Origin: Psammoneis japonica | Taxonomy: Eukaryota | Direction of reading: 5' to 3' | Length of the DNA: 52,223 nucleotides | Assembly: GCA_008632985.1 (NCBI GenBank) | Contig: QPGO01000334.1 | Coordinates: forward strand, 1 to 52,223 | Shown here: positions 1 to 10,927 of the stretch, one piece after another | How positions within the stretch are numbered: the stretch's first letter is position 1 | Layout of the letters: the number at the start of each line of letters is the position of its first letter | Program-made: the position numbers and the translations under genes | Notes under the pieces: model-generated | What the model was told of the DNA's origin: nothing | The model's input: the letters and a program-made list of their open reading frames with translations, nothing else | The model's database searches: none

Positions 1-1
1 G

Positions 2-640
2 GGGCTGGAAATGTCGGGAAGTGTAGCGGATTGGGAGAGTCTGTCAACCAAACTGGAGCGAGTCCGTCAGATCTTGACGCCCATACAAACTGAAATAGGC
101 CTAGGACCGGATTTTTGGGAAACCGTTTCGGATGTCTATGCAAATCTGGCAAACACCAGGAAGAATCCCAACGATTCTGCGGTGGCAAAGTTCTGGATCA
201 ACATCCTCATGGACACCACGGGCACAACATATGTGGGTGGTGGAGGCAGCATGCCGGGTGAGCCCATGGAGGTAAAGGCTTACAACGGATGGTTGATCTC
301 TTTCCTGACGGGCGAAGAGAAGATCCTGGCAAAGGATTTGGAAAACGGTGGTTCAGACCATGTCAAGAAAAAGCTCAGTGGCTGGAATCAAGTCCCGATG
401 AAAGTTAGTTTGACTTGGTGCGACATTTCAGATACATCCACGCTTGTTGCGGGCATGGCTGGTTTCCTGTTGCATAGAGGTGATGAAGCCGAAGACGCCC
501 GCCATCATTTTATTGCTGAAGCAGTTCCTTCGTTAGAGCCCAATCACATGTGGGCAATGATGTTTTCTCCCGATTCAAAGGTTCTGCAGTTAACACCGGC
601 CGTTGCACTGCGCATGCTAAATGGTGGGGAAGGAGAATAA
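2..640 (+). CDS. DUF4419-like protein, C-terminal part (5' end outside window)
   Basis: The frame is open from the window edge. Motifs G..ADW..L..KL, FW, GGGS...NGW...F, VP and AG..GF..P..W resemble the DUF4419 C-terminal half. Normal TA/CG content. Confidence 0.6.
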   Translation, partial: GLEMSGSVADWESLSTKLERVRQILTPIQTEIGLGPDFWETVSDVYANLANTRKNPNDSAVAKFWINILMDTTGTTYVGGGGSMPGEPMEVKAYNGWLISFLTGEEKILAKDLENGGSDHVKKKLSGWNQVPMKVSLTWCDISDTSTLVAGMAGFLLHRGDEAEDARHHFIAEAVPSLEPNHMWAMMFSPDSKVLQLTPAVALRMLNGGEGE

Positions 641-1132
641 TGTAGGTTTATTGACATAAGTTAGCCATTCGTGATATCAGCGTTACAATCTCTTTGTTCT
701 TGCTACTAGTACATTACAAGGGCGGATTTCCAACCCTTACGAGTACGTAGAAGCAGCAGTGCTTGTCCGATAGCTTCTCTCTCCAACACAAGAAATGGGT
801 GGGATGCTCTAGCTCAAGGCAATGCAGATTGGACAGACCAAACTCGAATTGAAGAGATTTGAATGAAGGAAGTAGACTCTACATTATTGACGTGAGGGCC
901 TGCTACACGTAGCAGAGTGAATGTACACTGTGAACGCTCCAGCTGTTTCCCACAGCAAAGTGTAACTCATAGTCTCCAGTCTCTACCTATGAAAGACGAA
1001 GAACGATATCTTGTATTTACAGTCTGTAGCAGTACAATGAATGATCCACTAGTCAAAAATTGATTCAGAGCCTCTATACCATTTTTTTTTACAGTTCGTG
1101 TTGTATCCCCGATTTATGTTTTTTCTTTTCCG

Positions 1133-2196
1133 TCATGTGCGTGTCGCCCCACTATCAAATGGATTGGGTGGTACCGGAGCTCGATATCTTTGTTGTGATG
1201 TCGAATCCCCATATTGTGCAAATCTTGCATTGCCAAAGAGTGGATTGGGTTGCACATATTCAACGCCGCCATCGCCGTATTGTCCCGAATCGCTGGTATC
1301 CGTCATGGTCAGTGGTGGTTGATTTGTTACAAAATCATTGGAAGGCAACAAGTTTGTTGATTTTTGAGAGACATCAAAACGGCCATCAATAAAACCGTGA
1401 TTGATGGATGCATTGCCATGAGGCGACAACGGATCCAGCGAGTCCTCTTGGCACTCTTTGAGAACCGGTTCGGAAAAGGCATACGTCAAGGCGGCAAAGC
1501 CAGCGTACATGACGGTCAGAAACATGCACATTATACTAAATGCCATTGAAGATCGTTGTGCACCACTGTTGCTGTAGTTATTGTTGTTGTTTTCTCCTTC
1601 TTCGTTACGCTCTTCCCCCTGAGTTTGGAAATCTCGAATCTGAAAAGAACAATCAGCAGAAATCACCACCAAAGTGAGCTTCAGCAGAGGCTTACTGTAC
1701 CATTATTCAAGTAACTCATACACACAAAACACACCTTAAATTCTCCAAACAGCACCGCACAAACTAGTGTCAAATTCGCCAGCATGAGCAGTGCTCCAAT
1801 AAAGGATCCGAGTCCCAGCGGTGTTGTTTTATGCACACTTGCATCACAGCACGTGTAATACTCCCCCGTTGGACTCTGAAAGCCTAGTATAACTGTCCCG
1901 AAAACCGACATGAGACTTGCCAGCACCGCCGTCCACAATGCAGCAAAGGCCATGGCTCGTGATGTGACTGCTACTTCAACGTCTCGATCGTATTCTTCTC
2001 GTCCATCATCTTGCGATCCTTCCTGTTCTTGATTGTAATTATTGTAGTATGCGCTTTCATCTTCATCGGATGTGCCGTAAATGGAAAATAACAGAGCAGT
2101 GATGAATGCTACAAGTGTAAGAAAGGAAACAACGCTCCATATCAAGGACAAAAAGCCGCGGCGGGACTCTACAATCGAGCCGCATACCGATGCCAT
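1133..2196 (-). CDS. Uncharacterised multi-pass membrane protein, 2 exons (2196-1735, 1639-1133)
   Basis: ATG at 2196 (MASVCG). A GT..AG intron at 1734-1640 joins GEFK to IRDFQ in frame. About 4 hydrophobic helices. Confidence 0.75.
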
Positions 2197-2873
2197 GGTT
2201 GCAAGTTTTATTATGAGACAGAACGAGAAGAGTGCCGGATGATGATGGGCAACGGTAAAAGTACATAAAAGATATAGTGAGCATATGAATATCTTCAAAT
2301 CATGTTTGATCGTGTCTAAGTGATGTAAAGCAATCCTCATGATGTAGCACAATATTTCTGATAGCATTGGCTGTTTTGTTGTTTTTCAATATCTACAAGC
2401 ATTTTGATCTCATATCTGTAATATATTTTTATTTAGTTTAATAATGATATATTCGTAAATAGGGCACTTTGATGACGTCACTGAATCCGCCCATGCGCGC
2501 GATCGCCTGTTGATCGCGCTTAACGCACGGTGCCGGTTTCCGGGTTCTCCGGCTGCTCTAGCAGCTACGTATGATAGAGATGATGCTCCCTCTAGCTTTT
2601 CACTCCTCGAAGGTGTAAGATCATTATAATTTGGGATCTTACCATGATGGCTAAGTCATTCCATGAAGGAATATGCAACGTCTAGCGAGGCACTGGCATC
2701 CGCCCTTTGGCTCTATGGTTCAGTTCGAAGTCTGCCACTTTTAGGTGATTGACAAAACACCTTTCTGAACCCACAGAATGACACAAGTGAATATAAACAA
2801 GAATCGTACTAGTATAGCTTGCTTGGTACCGTAAGGCCATAGCTAAAATAGAGTGTGCGTCTTGATCGGATTG

Positions 2874-3455
2874 TCAACACATGATGTTATGGTTGCCAAC
2901 AACATTATGGCTAATAGACTTTGATGTTTTATTACATGGATGCGGGAACGATACGCAATTGCAAGCCCATGTCTCGACTTGCCGTTTCCATTTGCATAAG
3001 AGGTGCCGGTGTCGGAATGGGTTCCGCATCCATGGCAGATTAAATTGAGGTGGTGGTTCTTGTTTGAGCAAATTTGCAAAGCGCATGCAATCGTCAATAC
3101 CCTCAAAGGCCCAAAGCACTTCTTGTCCCAAACTCGAAGTGTGAACGGCCTCTTCGGTTGTTCCTGGGTTATAAAGCAAAATGTAGACAATTTCGGGTTG
3201 TTGTGACGTTGTATCGGAGGATCGTGCCAAGAACTCTTGCTCGGCTTGTTGGACGGGTGTGTCGTACAGGGGCATCAAGGATGGACGGCGAGTATCAATA
3301 CCAACAACCGCATGGCGACTACCAAACAAAGGCGCGACAAACGCCGAAGCACAGTTTGAACATGCCAACAGCAAGCACAAGAGTAACATCCAACGGGCAC
3401 CGCTTCTGCTGGTTGGATTCTTGTTGTTGTTGTGTGTATTTTGCGATCGAATCAT
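2874..3455 (-). CDS. Plastid-targeted DUF3110-like protein (possible frameshift near 3038; alternative stop at 2932)
   Basis: A signal peptide ending ASA|FVAP matches the diatom bipartite plastid motif. VYILLYNPGT.EEAVH...AFE..DDC.RFA.LL resembles DUF3110. Start is 3455 or 3389. Confidence 0.65.
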   Translation of the reverse strand: MIRSQNTHNNNKNPTSRSGARWMLLLCLLLACSNCASAFVAPLFGSRHAVVGIDTRRPSLMPLYDTPVQQAEQEFLARSSDTTSQQPEIVYILLYNPGTTEEAVHTSSLGQEVLWAFEGIDDCMRFANLLKQEPPPQFNLPWMRNPFRHRHLLCKWKRQVETWACNCVSFPHPCNKTSKSISHNVVGNHNIMC

Positions 3456-4242
3456 GGGGGTGCACGTAACGCCAGCAGACAATAAGCTTAAGAAAATAGA
3501 CTGAAAGTAGGAAGCTACTCGTATAAGAGAGATGGGGAGAGACTGATAACGATACAGGCAACGTTTGAATAGAAGTACTACGGTGGCAACAAACTGATAA
3601 CAACTCCCTGGTTTTGGGTCGTCTTTGACGGTCGACAGACGGAGCGTGGTGACTTTTTTCAATTTTTTTTCGAAATCACCAAATGCCAAATCGCGCCATG
3701 CTGTAGCTGTCGTAGCCTCTAGAGTACGCAACGCACTGGCCATATTCCGGACTAGATGGGGAGTTTCTCTGATTTTCTTTCTTTTGGACCTCGACGACAA
3801 TGATCTGAGTGTAACTGCGACGCATGTATCTTTCTTCGTTGTGTTGTGACCGCAGAGCTCGGCAAACTCGAAACTGGGGGACTCGTCAAAGCTCAGGTTC
3901 TTGCCACTGAATCGCGATCAACTTGACGGTACTCTACCTGAAGACATTCAAGACTTGTCGAGTCTTGGTAAGACGTGGGGTTGTGATTGACGGGTGACAA
4001 CGTACCTCTGCCAGTTGCTTTACTTCTCTCACAAATTCGGCACGCCTGTGTTTGTCGCCGACAGACAAGCTGCTCCTTTAGAATAATCGTCTCTTAGCCC
4101 ACATAATCTAGGAGTATGCTAACAGAATAGAGAGACAAGTTTCGGAAAGACAACAAGCAGAACCTTACACTACTGCTTTAACCAGTGTACAATATAGAGC
4201 ACAAGCCCAGCTCACTCACAACATATATCCAAATTGCTACTT

Positions 4243-6236
4243 CTAGAACACCTTGGCGTTGTTGTCCTCTAGGAATTTAGAAACAGCGTGATCTTTACCG
4301 TGGATTTTGTGAGCCACGAGAAGAGGGCTTTGGTCAAAACGACTCCTTGAGTTGACATCCGCACCCTTTTTCAAGAGGAATTTCACAACATCCAAGTGGC
4401 CGGCACGCGCAGCTTCATGAAGTGGCGTCCATCCATTGGAATCTTTGATGTTTGCCAATCGCGGGTTAGCTTTCACGGATTCCTCGAGTTCACGCAGGTC
4501 ACCGTCTATAGCATAGCGATGGGCATTCGTTGATCCTGCAGCATAACTTTCTGTTATCATAACCTGCCGTGCAAGTGTGGATGAGTTGCCTCAACACACA
4601 AAGGAACAACAACGTAGTGCAAGATTCAGTTAGGGAATGGAACTTACTTGGTGTCCGTTCGGGTTGTTCCGGCGCCAGTTCGCTTCTTCTGGCGATCCTG
4701 GAATGATGTACGGCGGTAGGTCAGAGCCCCCGTATTCAATATCACCATCAAGTGGACCCAAAGGTTCAAAATGCACAAAGACGTTTGCCTTAGTATTTCC
4801 AAAGGAGTGAAAAGAAGTCCAAGGATGATTAGAAGGCAGGCGTTTCCCACGCGGAGGTCCGAAGCAATACAGTCGTGTCCACTTACCATAAATCGCCCCT
4901 TGAGAGGGAATGGACGACCGTGTAGGATAGAATGGCTTTCATATAGCACGAGGTCGCCTGGGTATTTTACGCAAGTTGGTGAGCCGACGATGATCTCAAA
5001 AACGAACAAAATACCCAACAACAGCATGTTCCACGAGCTCACCTGGCTCCATCGTTACATTGTAAGCCTTTCCATCGTGCCCAATAACTTCTAAAGGCCA
5101 TGGTTCTAAAGGATTTTACAGGAAATGCAAGACGGTGAGAAGACGATGTAACAAAACACAATAAGAGCACACTCCATTTGTTTAGACGGAAGTTTTGTAG
5201 CTAAAACACATACCATCAACATCCTATAAGAGCAGAATGGATTGCATGAGATACAACTACAATACACAGAGAACGCAAACAAGACTGGAAAGAGAGTAAA
5301 ACACACACCTGGTCCACATTGATAATTGCGCTGCTCACAAGGGGAAGCCTGTCAACGTGTGTAGCAAGGACGGCTCCCTCCCTGTATACGCGTATACCAT
5401 AAAGAGAACACTCCGCAAGCGCGTTCCCGGTCCATTCTGAAATGGTGTCGCGAGCAGCATTCCAGATATGATGCTTCAAGGCATAGCCTCCACCTTCTAG
5501 ACTTCTATCCTCGACATTCACCATCGCTGGCCAGACATCCCAGTGATTGCAATAAGTATTTCCTGGACTCCATGTTTCCGAGGTCTCCTTGTCCTTGTTC
5601 TTATCCCAGAAATCTTTCAACAGCTGCCACACTCGGTCGGGAGCCCGAATTTTTGTGAATCCCAGTTTCGTAAAATTCTTCGATGGTCAGACGCAAGCGC
5701 GCAAGTTGTTAGTATATGACTTAAAACGCTTTGATTTTTATGGTAACAGCAAGAGACAGGCCACAAACACGTACCTTCATTGATTGTGGTTGCCTAAGAC
5801 TCATGGCAATACGATCTTTTTCACTCTCGTGGCACAAATAGCCTTTGTCTCCGTAAAAGTCTACACATCGCTGAATCAAATCGTCATAGAACCTTTGTTG
5901 ATCTCCGAGTGGTTGAATAAGTTGATCGTTGTTTTCTGTTATGGATTCATTGAGCCAGGCAAAGTTGCTATGATATAACAAAAAAACGTCGCATTGAGAT
6001 GCAGAAAGAAGAAAGGTGCTGAGAGATGAACCTTCACTAGCAACAAAGAGCCGCGCGGAAACTTACGAGCTAACATTATTATGATGCATTGGAAAGGAAA
6101 TGTCAACACCGTATTCAATTCCGTTCGTACAAGAACCAGCATCTAGTTCTGTGCCCCATACAGAAGCAAAATGATTCGAGCCAAAGGCGAGCAAAGCCAA
6201 AAGAAAGGCGCCGTAGCGGAAGAAAGACGGCGTCAT
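4243..6236 (-). CDS. Secreted 2OG-Fe(II) oxygenase (prolyl-4-hydroxylase-like) with C-terminal ankyrin repeats, multi-exon
   Basis: ATG at 6236 is followed by a signal peptide and EYGVDISFPMHH. Later exons encode YGIRVY, HVDRLPLVSSAIINVDQ, GDLVLYESHS..HGRP and ankyrin GWTPLHEAARAGH. Several GT-AG introns. Confidence 0.8.
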
Positions 6237-6549
6237 TGTCCCTGTTTCAACTGTTTTCTGGGTTGTGATGTAAAAACAACCTTTAGCGTAACAGCAATCT
6301 TATTGAAGAGTTGCCTGACAACCTTTTTCGAACAAGAGAGAGATGAGTTTGATTTTTCGAACAAAAGGTGAGAGGAGAGAGGACAGATGAATGTCTCAAT
6401 AAGTGTTTTCCGAATAGGGCCCTAAATGTTCGGAATGTCTTCGACAATTTGGGGGGCATATTCATAAGTTAAACATACAGCATTGTAGAAATCGAAAGGT
6501 AAACATGACTTTTAGACAAAAATGTCCACGACGGCAATGCCTGAGGTCC

Positions 6550-8010
6550 TCTCCCAAGTCAAGTCTCGGCGCATTCCTCACGCCCACGCTGCGCTCCATT
6601 GTTCCATGCGACCAGCGACACTGTTGATGGCGTCATTTGTTGGCATTTGCAATCTCTTGCTGCCCTTGTGCAGTCCACCTGCATGAACCACTTTTCCTTT
6701 GGATGCAGCAGCAATTGACTTGACTGGCCCCAAATGACAGAGTGCCAGCCAGCCCAGAGCCATGTCCGGAGGGATGAGAGACATGAGCCAGCACAATTGC
6801 AGATCTGCGCAAAAATTCTTTGGACAGCATCAGCTTTCCAGAGATGTTCCCCATGACATCACAGAGACAAGAGGAGGATCTTCCTTGTTCGTCAACATGA
6901 AGTTTGAAGTTTGCATCATGTTGATGATGCTGGCAGTGGCCAGCAGCTTTGGCGCCCTTCGCGACCTGCACAGGTCACGCCGATGTGGCTGACTCTCGCG
7001 GCTGGGAAAAAGATGCTGCCATGAGCTCTGCAGCAATTTCAGCTCCATGCAGAGTGCACGCATTTGCCCATTTGATGACCACAACAAGAGTGAGGATGCA
7101 GCAATGAAAAACGCATTTGCTTTCTCTTTGTGCCAGCACTTTTCAGCTTTCTCAGCTCCATGCAGAGTGCACATGTTCACCTGGTTGACGACCATGACAA
7201 TGCAGCAATGCAAAATGCACTGACCTTCTCTTTGCCATTTTTTTATGCATCTCTTGGAGAGACACTCTCTCTTCTGCTTCAACTCTCCAGAACAGATGAG
7301 GGTCATGACAGAGAGAAGTCGCCACACTGTCACCACAACAGACTTTTTCTGGCTGACATGTGTGGGCTTTTGGATGTGAACCAGCAGCTTGGTTAGAACT
7401 GTCTGGCAAATGAACAAACAATTTGGTGCCACAGAAATCAAGTGTTGATGAGTGCATGGGCACAAACAGATGTCAACAGCCACACTGCTTTGTTCAAGGA
7501 GATGGGCTGCCACCAAAAAGCGCAAACAAGAGAGCTTGCAGAACACCTCCTTTGCTTGTGGCACCTGCTTTGTGAACACATTGGCTTGTTGATCAGCAGC
7601 ACAAGTGTGAACTCAAGTGCAACCATTGATGGCTTCATTGCAAAAGCAGCAGAGTGTGACATTGAAGTGATGCATGCAGAGATGCATCTCAGGCATGTGC
7701 GAAATTTCTGTTGTGGTGGAGTTGGGCTGTCTTCAGACATGTGTGTGCAGTCAGTGCATGACAGGAGTGGGGCTCGCATCAATGTTTCTCTCCTTGAGTT
7801 CTTCCAACAGGCACACAACAGACTTGACATGTGCAAGCCTCAAGAACACCACAAGCTCATCACACAGTTTGTAGTTTGTAATCTTGCCATGGTGACTTGC
7901 TCTGTGAAGGAATGTGCAATGTCTGGGGAGGCACTGATGATGTCAACCCTTTGTCTCTGTGACTCAGCTCAAACTCTGCCACATTTTTCCTCACTTTTTT
8001 TCAGAGGTGA
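6550..8010. other. TpA/CpG-depleted degenerate block; relic of an unidentified coding sequence or TE
   Basis: Near-absence of TA, excess TG/CA, and interrupted protein-like frames on + (7442-8014). No family recognised. Confidence 0.45.
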
Positions 8011-8019
8011 TTGACACCA

Positions 8020-8486
8020 CATGTGTCTGGACCTGCAAAATGATGCAAGTGAGTGCAAAGAAGACAAAACACCCAGCTTGCTTGGTGATTTGGGTAGAGT
8101 GTGGGTGGTGCATTGTGATTGGATTGCCAACACATGGTCTTGCCATCAACCAACAACATTGTGTGGCCACCAGACTGCTGTTGTCACTTGTTCTTTGTCA
8201 GATGCCAGCCAACACAGTGAGCAACCAACAATTGCAAGCCCATGTCTCAACTTGCTCTTTCTGTTTGCACAAGAGGTGCTGGTGTTGGAATGGATTCTGC
8301 ATCCATGGCTGGATTGAACTGAGCAAGGAGGTGGTTGCTTCTCTTGTTGTTTGAGAGCAAATGTGCAGCAAATTGTGTGCAATTGTCAACACCTTCAAAA
8401 TGCACTTTTTCTTGTCCCAGGTTGGAAGTGTGAACAGCCTCTTCAGTTGCACTGGGATTGCAAAGCAAAATGCAAGCAGTTTGGGG

Positions 8487-8520
<34 letters not shown>

Positions 8521-8930
8521 GATGTTGTCATCTCAGAGGATTGTGCCCAAAACTCTTGCTGGGCACTTGTTGGGCAAGTGTGTCACCCAGGAGCATCAAG
8601 GACCAATGGTGAGAGTGTTGATGCCAACAACCACATGGTGGCCAGCAAAAAAGTCAACAGAGGTGCAACAAAAGCCAAAGTGCGCAGTTTGCACATGCCA
8701 ACAGCAAGCACAGGAGTGACATCTGATGGGCAGCACCACTTCTGTTGGTTGGATTCTTTTTGTTGTTGCACATGTGTTTTTTGATTGAACTGTGATCCGC
8801 ACAAGAACACCAGCATGCAAAAAGCTCAAAGAAGCAGACTGAAAGCAGCAGGAAGCCACAAGAGAGAAAGAGCAACTGATGACAGCACAGGCAACATTTG
8901 AGCAGAGGATGACAGAGGATGGTGACAACA
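8020..8930 (-). pseudogene. Hypermutated duplicate of the DUF3110-like locus (parent ~2760-3600)
   Basis: Colinear similarity, e.g. 8229 caattgcaagcccatgtctcaacttg versus 2956 caattgcaagcccatgtctcgacttg. VYILLYNP has become ACILLCNP. Contains frameshifts. Confidence 0.9.
8485..8520 (+). repeat. (GTT)n microsatellite, ~12 units
   Basis: Direct reading. The parent locus has only ~2-3 units at ~3197. Confidence 0.9.
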
Positions 8931-10670
8931 ATGAAACACGAAATTGACATCATGTTGAATTTCCAACTTTTTGTTGGTGTCAGCAGGGGAAACTGCCAAT
9001 GTCACCCAGTGGAGAGGTGTGGGGTGCAGATGGTGCAGTGGGCTGAAACAGCATCCTCACGCAGGAGGTGGAGAGAACAGGTGGGGGTTCTGAAGATGGG
9101 AGCAGCAAGTTGTGCGTGCAGTTTGGCAGATTGTCAGAGAAGTTGGTTGGCAAGGGCCTTGGCAACAACAAACAAGACTGAGGCTCTGAGAAGGCCCCCT
9201 TTTGGGTGGGACCAGAGGCATGGTGAGCAAGGCCAAATTAAGAAGAGGCAATGGGGTGGCAAGTGGTCAACAAAGCTGCAGTGGCAGGAAAAAGGCCTGA
9301 CAGAGAGAGATGGGCATTGGTGCAGGCGCAGCACAGTGTGCGCAGATGGGTGTGTTGTTGGAAAGAGGGTGCTGAATTCCAGGGCAGAGCAAGAGGAGTG
9401 GGAAAGGGATGCTCTTGATTGGCTCCAAAGAGAGGGCAGTGAGCAAAGTGTCTGGGGGCTCTGAGGTGGTTGACGGTGAAGGGCATGAGGTTGGCGCCAT
9501 GGCTTTGTTGAGGGAAGTGATCACAGCAGTGAGCAGTGGCACACTGGGGCTTTTGTGAGCTCCATGGAATTTCTGTTTTGTGTGCTCAGATGGTGTGCCT
9601 TGGTTGTGGAGTCTTGTGCAGGGGCAGGCAAGCCATGAGCTGGAAGTGGAGGAGGAGGTTTGGGAGCGGCAATGGCAATGGCAAGGCTGGGGGTGAGTTT
9701 GACTCCCTCCTGCACTGGCAGTGGGGTGCTTGAGAGTGGCAAGTGTGGTGTGAGGTTGGTGGGTTTGCAATGAGCTGCAGAGGAGCAAGTGCAAAAGCCA
9801 GAGAGAGGACCTGTTGTTTGCAGAAAAATGGCAAAAAGACCATCTCAAGTTGGGTTGGATGAGGCAGTCTTGTGTCCGAGCAGGGGGGCAGCAGCAGAAG
9901 GCGCTTGGCTCAGCCACAGGGGTCAATGGTGCCAGCGCAAGAAGGGCAGGAGATTGGAGTCTGTTGGTTGGTGGATGTTGGAAGGCAGAGTTTGTGTTGG
10001 AGCATTGGTCTGTCTGTGTCTCCCCATTGTCCTGACCCCAACCAGGCTGGAGACCAACAGGTGAGACAAAGTTGGGGTCAGAGCGCAGGGTGGCCACTTT
10101 CAAAATGACCAAATTCACAAGCAGTCTTTGTGCACAAAATGGCGCCCAATTGCTTTTGAAGGCTTTGGGACTTTGTGAAAATGGCTCTTGAAACAAACAC
10201 ATTGCATGATGACTTTTGAGTGCCTCAATCACACTTTGGTTGAGGTCGCTTCTGCGCAAACCACAGTGGTGTGTGGGTTGGCCCTGAAGGTGGACGTGCA
10301 AGAGCTTTTGGCTGTGTTCCCTCCAGCACCTTCTTGAAAATCCCATCAGTGATGGCAACGTTCCTGTTGAGATTGGCAGCAACAGCACGCGGGTTGCGTG
10401 TTGCTTTCCTTTGGCCCAGCATTTGCCAGGCCCAGATGCAATCATGCAGCACTTGTTGATTTCCTTCAACTCATTTGTGCAGTCAGCCCTTGAGAGTTGT
10501 TCAAAAGCATGAAAGAATTGGACCCTGCGCTGGACAATTCTCAAAGAATTGGTGGTTTCCTCTGAGTTCAAAAAAACAACTTGGCCGTTGACACCATTGT
10601 TTTCAAAGTCATTGCACAGACAAACAAACTTCGAAGACCCCAAGAACATTGTGGATGTCCTTCTCTCCAA
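8930..10670. other. TpA-depleted degenerate block of unknown origin
   Basis: Almost no TA. The long minus-strand ORF 9267-10847 has no Tyr and no recognisable domain. Confidence 0.4.
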
Positions 10671-10927
10671 AATTTTTATCGTAACTCCACGTTCACACAG
10701 ACAACGAGACACAGCCGTCCAGCCAGAGAAGTGTCCAATCGCTGAAGACATCGGTCGGTCTTGGGGGGATGCATGGAACGCCGGGCGAGTGAGTGGAACT
10801 TCCGACACACACGAGAGGTTTCCGGGTGCATTCCGACAGGGCCACAAACGGTCGACCGACAGAGCGCGCGCGGTGACTTTTTACTTCTTTCAATTTTTTC
10901 GAAATCATGCATCACGACGCTCGCGGA

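Noticed and set aside
9267..10847. 526-aa minus-strand ORF as a real gene
   Set aside because: It has no Tyr, lies mostly in a TA-depleted block and shows no recognisable domain. Its length is explained by loss of TAA/TAG.
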